Below are positions 37,349-49,597 of a stretch of 64,000 bases of DNA, one piece after another. Source of the DNA: Marsupella aquatica (Eukaryota > Plantae > Marchantiophyta); NCBI GenBank assembly GCA_973895155.1, contig OZ316892.1:22669168-22733167 (forward strand), read 5' to 3'. A program made the translations under genes and the position numbers. Position 1 is the stretch's first letter. The number at the start of each line of letters is the position of its first letter. The notes under the pieces were generated by a model. It saw only the letters and a program-made list of their open reading frames with translations, was not told where the DNA came from and did no database searches.

Positions 37349-39704
37349 CAAAGTTGTGTGCTCTTTTTCCACTCATGCCAGTTACCGGGGTAGAGTTGTC
37401 TGGCATGTATGTGGCCTTTCATTTTGTGGCTCTAAACCCTGGTTCTGACAGTGTACTACTTATGAAGAAAGTAATGCTTGAAACTCCTCATCTGCTAGAC
37501 TCAACGGGTGTACACAAGCATTTTGGCCCTTGCAGTTTTGATCTTTGAAAAATGAAGACTAGACAATCATGTGACCCTGAGCTCAAAGCTTTATACTGGA
37601 AAGTGAGTGAATTTGAAGGGCTGAACATGCAAAACAGCTCAGATTAGGTTGGCTTTACAAGAAGTCTAGGCACTTGTGACTTTCAAAGCAAAATGGAGGT
37701 TGACTTCTTGTTCTAAAGATATACTCCAGCCAATGTATCATTTGAATTGAAGTTCAATAAATGCAAATCCCTTGAATGAAGGAGCCAAATCTTGCAAATA
37801 TTTGGACCACCTCTGGAGGGGTTTTAAATTATAGACAACATAAACAGTCCACATCAGCATCCACTTCACAGTGGTCCAAAATTGTAGACAAATAAGCACT
37901 CCACATCAGCATATATTTGGGCCCACTCCTTGCCATCTAAGATCTGTAGACATCATACCTGAATAGGCCCTCTAGGCTGACTGCAACAATTGAAAAAGAC
38001 AGTTAGCCCACTTCTTGTAAAGCCACTCCCACCCGTGCTCCATCAGGCCCTGCTTAGGACTCTTTGCAAGCCAGGTTGGTGCCCGCTCATTGGCGAGTCT
38101 CTCCCAGTTCCCCTCAACCCCCACTGTCCACATGGGCAATAGGGGTCAGACCATGAGAAAAAGCTGAGGCTTTCACTGGCACAGCCATCAATTGGTTCTA
38201 CTCAGCTCGCTCATATCTCGAGTGCACAAAATGCCAAAAATACAGGGCCAGGGTGCCATGGCTAAATCTTTCACTAAAAAAATTGAGTACCAAGGAAACG
38301 GTTCTCTCACCTTGAATTAAAATATTATTGGGGCATGTGATATGAAGACTGGACACGAGGTTTGGTATCGTTGAAAAGAAGGTTTTAATAAAAGGGACGA
38401 GGTAGGTGTTGTCATTGGAAGCTCCATTGACATGCCACCAAACAAATCCAAGACTCGAGCCATTATCGAAGGTGTGGACATATAATACAGGATCGCAATC
38501 TAGGATCCGATTTGATTTGATACGGTGATATGTTTTAAATACCTTGGTCAATGCTCCATACTCATGCTGAAGATTTGGTTCATAAAAATGATCAGAAACT
38601 ACTGCTTGGTCCACTATGAAGGTACATGGTTGGTAGACGTGGTACGAATAACCCATATTATTTCTCAGCTAGCTGCTCGAGGATCAAATATACGTTGCTT
38701 TCAGGGTAGGTCACGGTGAATGCATGATAAGCACGAAAGATATCTCAAAATATCCTCATGCTTCCCTTTCCATTGCCTCCATGTAAAGCACTGGGAGGCT
38801 GGTCAGGTAGCTTTATTTTCTCTGATTTTTATTGTCCTATTCCCCAAACTGGGAGAAATTATGCACCTGCCCCAAGAACTAATTTAATGATCAAGTTAAC
38901 CCCCCATTTTTGTATTTAGATTGGAGTAACTCTACTATACTAACCCAAGATGACACGCCATTGTTTGCAGACACATGGAGACTCAGAATCTGCTTGTGCA
39001 ACCCCCTCCCACTATACCTTCCCCCTTGACCAAGCTCCCCAATCTAGCACTCTCCGGAACTGGGGTGTCGACTAGCTTGGACAATTATGAACCTTGACAT
39101 GTTCCTCGATGAAGTACAATCCATCTCTAGTTCAAGCTGGTTAAGCAATGCTGCAAACAAAATGGGGGTGAAAACTGAGAGCTAAACTAGTTTTTGGGGC
39201 AGGTTAATAATTTGACTAGTTGGAGGGACGGGAAAGCAAACAGGATTATTCTTACTTCTCTAGTCTTTTTGGAAAGAAAGGGAAACCGCTTGCTGAGTGA
39301 AAGGGCCATGCACAACTGGACCACACCCGTGGTGAGGGAAACCCTGAATTCCAGTCACCTTAAGATCCTCCTCACTGGGCGGGTATGGGCCAGAAGGGAC
39401 TCTGTTCCCTACTCAGTTTCTATTGACAAGCATAGCAGACACATAAATTATATATTATCAGCAAATAAATTATGGCCTGTTATTTTGTCTAATGGACATA
39501 AGTATCATCTATTTCAGAGTGATGTATTTTCCACCATTTTCCACCATTTTCCATAAGAAACTCTTACATTTTCAGCAATGATTTATTGATTTATTATTCG
39601 AAACAGTAAAAGCATCCCCGTGGTTAGTGCCGAGGGTAATACGGTAACCTGAGTAGGTTGACTGTGGGTTGAGTTTATCATTCGGTACATATTCATGTAA
39701 AGCA

Positions 39705-40015
39705 GTGACCGTATGGATTCAGTCATTCAGTTTCCAACCCAGACCGTTACCGTCCCTGCCAAGATGTCCCAGCTGCCCGGATTTTCCTGCCCAGACTCAC
39801 CGTATTTGATTTGAGTTTCGAAATCCAGACCGTTATCCCGCCCCTACCCTTTCCAAGATGTCCCGTCTGCCCGGAATTTCCTGCCCAGAGACACACCGTA
39901 TTGACTGAGTTTCCAACCGAGACCGTTATCTTCCCTGCCCGTGTCCGTGCCCATGCCCGTGGCCCTGCCCTTGCCAAGATGTCCTGGCTGCCCGGATTTT
40001 CCTTCCCTGACGTGT
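39705..40015. repeat. GC-rich tandem repeat, ~80-95-bp unit, 3 copies
   Basis: TTTCCAACC(C/G)AGACCGTTA..CCAAGATGTCC..CTGCCCGGATTTTCCTGCCCAGA..CACCGTATT repeated. Confidence 0.85.
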
Positions 40016-40954
40016 CAGTGTTTACTAATTATGCCTGTTGTCGGCCACAGAAAATAATGGTACGGCTGACTCACCGTACACCGTAGTGTAAAGGTTTTTG
40101 TTATGTCCTTTCCAACCCCAGTCCAAACCCCGCCCACTGCACCTGGAAAGGTGTTAGGTCTCATGGAATGCGTGTGGACTGCGGAGCCGCCCGCCCTTGG
40201 ATTGCAACACAAGGACAGAAGGACTTGGGAAGGAGTAGCAGTGGGACACGTGGCATTCGAGCAGGCAAAATCCTATCCAAACCCAAAATGACTTTGCCCC
40301 CTTTGGTTGAAGTCCATGGACCTACCCCATCAAACACACCCTGACATCTTTACACCTCGTTAGCAACGATGTTTTGAGAACATTTTTGGAAAATCTCCCT
40401 TGAAATCCATCCAAAATGGCTATTTTTGAAAAGCAGCTTCTAACGAAATTTTTAATGAGTCTCACATGGCTAGTTTTCATTGAGAATAGAGAGAGCTATT
40501 AATTTCTAAAGATAACTTAACCTTTCAGAGTCGAAAGACTACATTACGGGTCCAGTTGAACCCATGGCAGCGGGTCTCATGGAATATGTGTAAACTGCAG
40601 AGCAAGCCCCTTGGATTGAAACACAAGGACATAAGTGTACTTGGGACGGAGTGATAGAGGGACACATGGCATCCAAACAAAATGAATGTGCCCCTTTCCA
40701 TTTGCTCCCTTTTCAAGCAAATTTGCTTTTTGGTTGAAGTACAGATGGACCTAGCCCATCAACACACACGGGCCCCCACTCCCCCCTCCCCCTTCTGTGA
40801 CATCATTTATACCTTTAGATGTTACACACTTTTTGATATTTTAATATGTTTTGACAACAACTTTTGGAAATCTCTCCTTGGTATCCAACCAAATTGGCTG
40901 TTTCCGAGCTCGGTTATTACAAGCAGCTTGGAATGATATTTCTAATGAGTCTAA

Positions 40955-42503
40955 GGGGCACTTTACCAAACGGGTGCCGCACTTCACTTCTCTTTTACAT
41001 TTGATATTTTTCATCTGAACCGTTCATTCAACCTGCCCGGGCTGATGCTGCTTTAGAAACTTAGTGCAGCAAGTTGTGAGTCGGGGGTACCCGAACCTGC
41101 GTGTGCCCATGGTTCGGGTACTTATAAACAGGCCTGGGGCTCTCAGCCGGGCGGAAGACTATTGCACCAAAGGAGGTGCAATAATGCTGTGGCCGTCTTG
41201 CCCTTGTGATTTCCCATTATTCTCAGTAGTGGTTCAGCTGAAAATTAATGCTTCCCGTAGCGATTCGAACTTGGGGGCTGGGAGGGAGCTTTGAGAGAGG
41301 CTTAAAATTACAAATTTCAAAGTAGTTGCATTCTTCCGCGCCCCTACCATGGAGGACAACGACAATATATGGTCCAGTAGCTCCTCATCTGGGAGCACTT
41401 GTTATTCAATTTCAGAGTTTCCAGGAAGAGATCGCAATAGTGTTGGAGTTCAGGACAGTGTAGACATGGCAGGAGTTGGTAATTTGTCTTCTTGGCATGA
41501 GAAGATGCGATCAGCACCTGTAGTGCCAGATTCTCAATTTTCGCAGGATTTCTCCCAAGGAGCCCACAATATGTCCAATGCAGAGTTGATGGCACTCATG
41601 AACGACCCTCCACTGGTTTCATGATTTCCTGCTCCTCAGTTGTTGCCCGTTGCTTGCTCTGCTCCTTTTTTCTCCCAATCAACATCATTTGATCAGCAGT
41701 CGTGCCTGGGAAATCCATTCTGGTCCGAAGCAAGCCAGGAAATACCCTCTATGCAGATGCGCCAAACATCAGAGAATCCACGAGTAGCGCCTACAAGCAG
41801 TGAGGGGGCGATTGCTGGGAAGAAACGGGTAGCTGGGAAAAAGAGCTCAAAGAAGGCCAAGAAGGCCAAGAACATTGATGCTGATCAGGAAGGGGATGAA
41901 GATGTTGACGAATCTTCAACAATTCGCTGGGAGGATGCAGATGTAATACAACTCATAGCTTTCAGGAGTGAGATGGATGAAGAATTCAAGCTGAATGCCA
42001 AGAAACAAGGTGAACCTCTACTCACTTTCGTGCTTCAATCTCTGCTCAAAATTGTTCTCAATCTGTGCTCAAAATTGTTCTCAATCTGTGCTCAAAATTG
42101 TAGTCGAAATTGTGCTCAATCTCTGCCTCGTGTTCTTCACTTGCCCCTAGACTCGCTCTCTCCATGTCCATTCCCAGTGTGCTCGAAGTGAAAACCTAGT
42201 ATTTTGCGCAAAGTATGCACTTTGTGTGCACTTTCACAAAGGTTTGTTTGACCCCGACGTTTTCCCTTTGTAAACTGTTTGCTGCTTACGATGAGCTCCT
42301 GCCAGCCCTACGGCTTCCCACGTTTGGGATGGTAAAGGTTCAGCCTGCCCAGTCTGTATTTGCTTTACACCAAGTCTACAACACTATACCCGTTTTTATG
42401 CCTTGGTCAGGTCTGGAACACTAGCCGTACATAAAAACCTGGGCTCTCTTTCAGCTCTGGTAAAAACCTCTAAAACTACGGCGCCCGTTTTGTAAAGTGC
42501 CCC
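40955..42503 (+). mobile_element. Non-autonomous PIF/Harbinger transposon carrying a Myb/SANT-like ORF remnant
   Basis: 25-bp TIRs GGGGCACTTTACCAAACGGGTGCCG / CGGCGCCCGTTTTGTAAAGTGCCCC (2 mismatches); 3-bp TSD TAA / TGA; internal trihelix-like ORF; no DDE transposase seen. Confidence 0.88.
41349..42009 (+). pseudogene. Myb/SANT-like (trihelix) DNA-binding protein, first exon, Harbinger accessory ORF type
   Basis: The same frame runs 41349-42009 with one TGA at 41622. It has a basic NLS-like KKRVAGKKSSKKAKKAK, then RWEDADVIQLIAFRSEMDEEFKLNAKKQG ending at donor AG|GTGAA; downstream exons not found. Confidence 0.75.
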
Positions 42504-45500
42504 TGACCTGGGTAGTTTTCTTGAACAGCAGAGAGAGCTATTAGTTTTCTAAAGATTACTGTATCTTGTAGAGTCCATAAGTTACATTTTGGGTCCAATG
42601 AACTGCCCTTGGATTGGAACACAAGGATAGAAGGTCTTGGCAAAGAGTAGCAAAAGGACACCTAGCATTTGAACAAGCAACTCTATCCAAACTGAGATTA
42701 GTGAATTTGCCTTTTTTCTATTTCCTTTGGATGGCAAATTTTCTTTTGGTCTTACCAGGAGCTGTAGGGATGGATGGGGTTTCAGTTTAAAGTTTTTTTC
42801 ACCGAATTGGATTTCTACCCTTGGACTCAGTGCTGAATCCTATGCCTAACTCAATGCCTGCCTGTAATTAAACATTCTAATATCCTATCCCACCCATTCT
42901 CATCAATAGTCTGTTCGTAAATCGTCATAAACCTGAATAGGACTCAATGCTGAATCCTATGCCTAACTCAACGCCTGCTTCATAAATCGACATATAGGCG
43001 GCTAAAAACCCTCACACTTTGCTGATAATATATTCTTGTCACCATACCTCCCCATACACCCTCAGCCTAGCTGCTGGGCCTCTCCGCCTCCAGCATGCCA
43101 ACCGGGTTACCATTTGCCGCGACGGTACCCTGACTACCCTGCAACCTCGCCCTCCTTTAAAGGGGGTGGTTTCCAATATTCTAACATAGTTTTTGTTTTA
43201 ATATTCAGAGCTTATAAATGTTTGAATGTAATCATAACAGTACGGTTTAGGGCAAAGAAGATCTAGACAAAATTTTCATCATGATTGCTGGGAGGGGAAT
43301 GTGGACACAAGAAAAATGAAGGAAGGGCTCTGGCACCACTTTTAAATAGAAAATTCAAGACCCCAAAACAACGCCTCAACAATTCAATGAAATGATGAAA
43401 GAGGTTTAAAAAAGGTTAGAATTCCCAGAGTATTAAACGTCAAAGGGAAACGAGCTTTCACAGATTATAACTCGTGTCTCGTGAGGCAAATCTTGTAGGG
43501 AAGATACTCTGTCGACTAAAGTAAACGGGAAAAAGGGCAAAAACCAAGACAATCCAAGATACTGTCATGCAAAAGGAAGAAGTTCATAATAGCCCAATCA
43601 AGTGAATCAGAGTATGTGACTTTTATAGTAGGAAATTAATTGAAAAGGCCATGCACAGATCCCCAAAGGCGAGAGGACAGAGACTGACAAAAGAGAAAGC
43701 ATCCGTTGTATTATATGTGGTGCTCAAGATCTCAATTCAATTCGTGTATCCTTAGATTATTGTGAGGTAGGGCAACAAAGGCCAAAGAATGTTGGTGCCT
43801 AAAAAGCTTGCACCAAGCCTTAAAAAGTGATTGGTGAATGTTGGCCAGGGACAACAAAGGCCAGACCGTACTCTTTCCTGGAAAATGCATATATTGTTTC
43901 CTGTTTGGTCCCACCAGCCAATGTTGCCGAGTATGATTCTTGTCCCGGTCCCGCATACAAGGTGAAAACATGAGGGTGCAAATTTTCCTATTTTCTCAAA
44001 TGTTAACCAGGGATACACAAAACCCGCATAAGTGTAGAGCTTACTTGACATTAGCTATCCCAGCAAGTAGCCCAACACTAGCAATCTTCATTGCGTCAAG
44101 CGAGTTTCTAAGTTCAAGTTTCATAAGTCTACCAGCTTTTGCACAAACCACCATCCTAAAGTGAGGCTTGCCAAAGCCTTTTGCACCGAAAACACTTGAC
44201 ACTTGGAAAAATTGGAGGTCACTCTCTCTTATCGCGGAAACAAGAAGTTAAAGTCTCATACAAGTGTGTGACCCGAAGGCCTTTAATACTTGAGTTTGCT
44301 AAGAATCGTTGACCTGAACGTACCTGTTGGTTGTTATTGGTGAATCTGGACTTTGGAAGAATTTTAGTCAGAAACAATGATTAAAACCCCATAATCATTT
44401 TTGTGTATATGATCCAATGAACTAAACTCCTAAGTTAGTTGTGCCAAAACTGACCCATGTTCGCCTTGCTAAAGCTGTGGGAGGACAAAAATTGCCACTT
44501 TTGCCCACTGGATCCACTAGGTTTTGTGACATAAGCTCTTTGAGTCATCTGTCCATTTGCGAAAATGAGAGCAATGGTGGAAGGCAAATTTTAGTTGTGC
44601 CAAGCAAACTCTGCCTTCAACTCACTAGGTCGCTTTGTTTGGCAGACCTGTGGGAGTGCTTTAAGGGGGGGGGTCTTACAAGAACTCCAGGGCAAAGATT
44701 GCCACCGCTCACTCATTCCAAATGTGAGGTCCACTACATACCCCAAACCTAAAATGCCTTAGCCAAAATGTGTCAAGTCTGGTGAAAATAAATGCAAGGC
44801 CCTTAACAGAAAGGGACCAAGGTGTATAAAATATGGACACGAGCAAAAAAGGGCCAGCAGTTTTTCAGTGGACAATTTTTGCTATATGCCACCTCTATGG
44901 AAAGTCAAATTTGTTAGGTTTCTTGTCTTCACTTAGCCATTTTCCCACCTAGCCATAGGCCCCATTAGATAGAGTCTAAGAGGTGTCCTTGAATCTAGAG
45001 AGATCTGACAGCCAAAAATTGATCTAGGAAAATCAGAGAATGAACATTAGCTTTTTCTCCTTCACCCAAACCGATAGTTTCCATCTTGGGAGAAAAGAAT
45101 AACTTTAAAAATTAACTTGATTAGGTGCCTACTAGTGAGCAACCAGGATTGGTGATTGTGGTTTTGTCATGTTGTCCCCCCAAGTTTATGTAAAGTGAAG
45201 TTCGGCTTATTCCCAAATTTGAATGGTTTTGCCAGATTGCCTCCAAGTAAACGAATTTTGGCCTGTTCCCAGCTTTGAAGGGCTACCATTGCATGTCAGA
45301 CACATAAGAAGGGGAAAAAAAGTTTTTCCAGATTGTTCCTCCAAGTCACATAAAGTGAAATTTGTTCTATTCCAACATTTGAATGGCTGATATTACATCT
45401 GACACACAGAAAAATAAAAACTGGGAATTCTTCTAAAGCCCCCTTCAAAAAACATCTAGGGCCTTTGGCACTTTGAACCACACATGGATGGGGACTTGGT

Positions 45501-46179
45501 TGGTGATGTCTGGTTACCTGCAGGCGATGGCTGTGTCCGCCCCCCCTCCCCCCTCTAAAACCATGTACCCCTGCCCGAGGTTGCAAGACTTGGGTCTTGG
45601 TTGCATGCTCAAGCCCAAATCTTGTTGGCTGGACAAAGAAAGTGGATTGTGAAATTTGAGGTGTCTCAATTTGAGAGTCTCAATTCTCTCGGATTTGGCT
45701 TCGGCCAGTGACATGTGAGGGTTAACTCTAGTCTTGGGTTAATCTCATGTTACATAGGCTAAACTGCCATTAGGGTGTTAATGGCGATTAGCCGCAACTC
45801 TTGCATCTAGCATACAGAGGGGCTAGGGAGAGCTCCTCTTGGAGACTCATACTCATTGTTGAGGGAGCTAGCTAGGTACTAGGAGGAGAGCTTGTGCAAG
45901 GAGGCTTTGTGTGGCCATGGTGGCCAAAGTTTAGTAAAGATTTTGTGTGTTTTTGTGAACATAGCCTTGACGAAGGTGAATCATGTATCTCTTGGTGTCC
46001 ATTGTGTACAGGCTTGTTCTTGTGGTTGTTTTGTCACAGTTTTTACTCAACACGGCACACACATTTTCCCGGAAGAAAAGTGGTGGATTACAAAAACTTT
46101 TCCTAGTCATCGCATACCATAACTCACAGTTTTGGACCAGGGATTTTTCTGTGGCACTGCAGGTTTGAGATGCCTATTA

Positions 46180-46480
46180 GGGCATCTCGATATACACAGA
46201 AATTGAACCTCAGGGAGGGCTCGCGATATACTTGGGCGCACCACAACAGTGTATAATGGGGCCGTCATCCACTGGGGTACTCAAATATGAATGGGGTTGT
46301 GGCACTGTATACGATTGAGTTACCTATGAACAATGAGATCTCTTACTATTTTTGGGTGTGACTGGTCGAGCCTTACATTTTCTGCCCGACCAGTCCTTCC
46401 CGCTGGCCCGACCCACAACACTCCCCGGGGATGGATGGTCAAGTACTCAAGTGTGAAAATTGACCATATTTGGGATGCAC
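46180..46480. mobile_element. MITE-like element (family B), TA-flanked GGGCATCTC-type TIRs
   Basis: TA|GGGCATCTCGATAT ... ATATTTGGGATGCAC|TA; interior (GTGACTGGTC..GCCCGACCAGTC..CCACAACAC) matches the reverse complement of 48788-48950. Confidence 0.6.
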
Positions 46481-47370
46481 TATGAGAGGTGAACACAGGG
46501 CAGTCTCCTCTCCCTTTTTAAACCAAGCTAGTCTAGTCTAGTCTTCACTCCTTTGGCGCATGACTCGCGCGCCAAGAAATCTTCCTAATGGAGGTTCGTT
46601 CGGTCAGGGGCCAGGGGGTCCTTTTGAGCCGGCCAAAAGCCGTCGCCTCTCATAGTCTCGGCCCTAGTCCTAGCCCTACTGCCCGAGTCTCAGTGTCGTC
46701 GCCTGGGACTTTTTTTACGCGCTTACTGAACTTATATTCTCACATCTCCACTAAACTCCGTCGTCCACTGCAAACCAGTCCAGGCCAGCAGGGCAGGGCA
46801 GTTAATCGTCACCGTCGCCCCAGTCCGGTCAGCTCCGGTCCGGAGAGCAGAAGCCGCCTCGTCTCGTGTTTTGGACGCAAGTTTTTCTCCCGCCATTCCG
46901 TCGTCCCGGGTCACCATGCGCTGAGGCCGGGCAACGGAGAAGCTTCCCCGGGAGCCGGGCAGAAGGCGGCTCTCGTCTACGGTAGTACGGTTCTCCGTCT
47001 ACTGTGGTGGGGGATCCGTCGCCCCTCGTGCGACTGACGCGATTATTCTCACTCCCGTCGGGACGCAACCCCGTCGCCCAGTCCAAAACCCGATCACGTC
47101 GGTCAGCATCACGAGCTTATTATTCTCTACGAGCGTTGTCGGAAATTCACTGATTGTTTGTTTGTTGTTGTTTGGATCCCGCCATTCAAAGAGCCCTCAA
47201 ATTTAGCGTGCGGACAGTTTCATGGCTGGTTAGGTTGGGAGGGCTGCGGCTGCGGCCCATAACAAGTGTTATATTTTTTTCACCCAACGCGCAATGTTTG
47301 GGGTCTTAAATATGTGATGTGCGGAGTCTCACTGCATTCCAGGTTTTGAGATGTGTGGGTAGTTTCACTA

Positions 47371-47693
47371 GGGTGTTTCAAATATGAGAAAAAAATTGAC
47401 CTTATGAACGCCCGCGAAGCCACCTCAGGTGCATCAAAAGTGGGTACACCCGGGCCATTTTTTTTTGGAGGTAGTCAACATTGACTAGGGTCGTGGTGCT
47501 TGCATTGAACACTCGTAAGCCTGACCCTCGACTTTCGACCTTTGGGGACAAAGGTCGGCGTCGCCAGGTAGTCTGCTCATTTTTGCCGGCCCTCCCTATC
47601 GGTCACTGAATCTTGGGCGTGACTAGTCGGGCACCGAACTGGGACAGTCTCAGGCGTGGTCCTGCTCGGAAAATTCAGATATTTGAGACGCCC
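47371..47693. mobile_element. MITE-like element (family B)
   Basis: TA|GGGTGTTTCAAATAT ... ATATTTGAGACGCCC|TA; contains GTGACTAGTCGGGCACC shared with the other copies. Confidence 0.6.
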
Positions 47694-48664
47694 TATTGCA
47701 GTCCAGGTTGAGGTTGGGATCAATGTGGCCAAAAGATATGCTCTACTCTTGAAGCCTGGCCTGCAGACTTGTGTTGTGGGATTTTATCGATTCCCGTGGG
47801 CCACTTTCCCCCACCACATCTTGGGCTGTTACAGGAACCAAAGTAAGTGAACTCAGACAATCTAGGCACTAATCAAACTCACCTGCAGGACACATTATGG
47901 GCACTGGCCCTATCCCACGGAAGAGCAAAATGGATCCATATTTGAGACCCCTATTGTGTTGCTGGATTTCACTGTTTCCTGATGGTCAGTTCCCCTTGCC
48001 GCAGCCTGGCTTGTATGGGATTGAAAAGAATTAACTCTAAGTCTTTGCATTGGTCGAATTCATTGGTGGACCATGTGACTGGCACTGGCCTTATGTTGCA
48101 CAAGAGCAAAACGGGTTTATGTTTGAGACCTCCTAAAAGGACAATTGTTGTTTCCTCTTTTTTTTCAGTCAGCTGCTCTGAGAAATCTATGTCCACAACT
48201 CAGACTGAAACCAGTCTGTTTCAGTGATGGGAACCCTTGGGGAATGAGCTGGTTTGAGATGCCCCAATGCTACCCGCTATTTGCCATGGCCATCCTGCAC
48301 CAGGAGATACATTGATAGTAAGTTGTCCCGTCATTCATTGCTACCCAATACAGAAAGTGAAGATATGAAATCCTATGTTTTTACATTCCCTAGTGCTACC
48401 AAAGCTATACGGATTCTAAATTGAAAAATCTCCATCACATATGACAAAAATTCATCTGGTTTTTTGTCTTCTTGTCTTTGGTTAGCCGGCTTGCATCTAT
48501 TCTCATTCCCCATTAGTCAAAAATCAATCAAGGCACATTCCATAAGAAAGATACCTATAATGTTCCCCTTCTCTAAAACCACCCAGAGAAAAAAAAACCC
48601 TAAAAAAGTTCACTAATGGTCACATTGGCCAACCAGGAGAAAAAAATCCTTGAAAGTTACGCTG

Positions 48665-49235
48665 ACCCCGCTAACTTCACTCTGGTCTGGTCTGGTGAAG
48701 CGGCCCATCCTAACTTCACTTTGGCCTACTCTGGTCTGGTCCGGTCAGGTCATGGGGCCGGATGAAGGGGCCATCCTAACTTCACTAGGGCATCTCAAAT
48801 AGATCCATTTTTCTGCTATGATTGCGCCTGGGCGTGTTGTGGTTCGGGACAACAATCATGACTGGTCGGGCACCACTTGTGAGAACAAACCAGTCACGAC
48901 AGGGACAATAAAAGGTTTCAATTTCATAATAAACATAGTAACATTCAATGTGTCATGAGGTCACTCATTTTTCCGTGTCCCAAAAATAATTGCCCGTTTC
49001 TACCCTGTTGCGGTGCTCTCGACTACCTTACGGGCCTCTCATGAGGTGCCAGTTCTTTTCCTTTATGATTAGCCCTACTTCAGTCTGGTCAGGTCATGGG
49101 GGGCAGGCTGAATGGTGCCCCCTCCCAACTTCACTCCAGTTTGGTGTGGAGTGGTCCTGTCCGGTCAGGTCATGGGGCCGACTGAAGGGGCCCATCCTAA
49201 CTTCACTCCGGTCTGGTCTGGTGGGGTCTGGCCAG
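48665..49235. repeat. ~65-bp degenerate tandem repeats interrupted by a family B element starting at 48788
   Basis: CCTAACTTCACTC(T/C)GGTCTGGTC..GGTCAGGTCATGGGGCCG..TGAAGGGGCCCAT at 48670-48787 and 49070-49230. Confidence 0.75.
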
Positions 49236-49407
49236 GGGTGCGGGGGCAGGGCCCGAGAGAACGATCCTTCCATCCAGCCCGACCGCCCGCCCGCCCGCCC
49301 GAATGCCGTCGCGCATCATCATCCTGTGCATGCAGTTAGTAGTGTGGCCCGCTGCCCCGAGAAGAGAGCGAGCGGGCAACGCAAAGCTCCGGGCCGCGCA
49401 CGTTCTG

Positions 49408-49597
49408 CGAGATTTGGGGCAGATTTGGGGCAGATTTGGGTTGGTTTTCGTGACAGAGAGCCAGCGCGTCAATCGCATCGGCAGCGACCACCCTGGCGAT
49501 GGGCGGGTCCATGGCGGGGCAGCAGGGCGGACCCGGGGGTGAACAGGGCCGGCGAAAACCGCTGCGAGCTCTCCGGAAACAGAGTGACATATATAAC
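49408..49597 (+). promoter_or_regulatory. Putative core promoter of the type-A response regulator: 3x AGATTT array plus TATA box
   Basis: GCGAGATTTGGGGCAGATTTGGGGCAGATTTGGG (49407-49440); TATATAA at ~49589-49595; CT-rich Y-patch at 49633-49690 downstream. Confidence 0.55.

Larger units (their letters stand above)
40150..42755. repeat. ~415-bp tandem unit, 3 copies; the second copy is interrupted by a Harbinger element
   Basis: GCCCTTGGATTG.AACACAAGGA.A.AAG..CTTGG..GGACAC.TGGCAT at ~40193, ~40607 and ~42605; GAGAGAGCTATT at ~40490 and ~42531. Confidence 0.85.

Noticed and set aside
43700-46170. Short ORFs including a CFRC-like motif near 44180
   Set aside because: Stop-rich, with no complete zinc knuckle or pol motifs.
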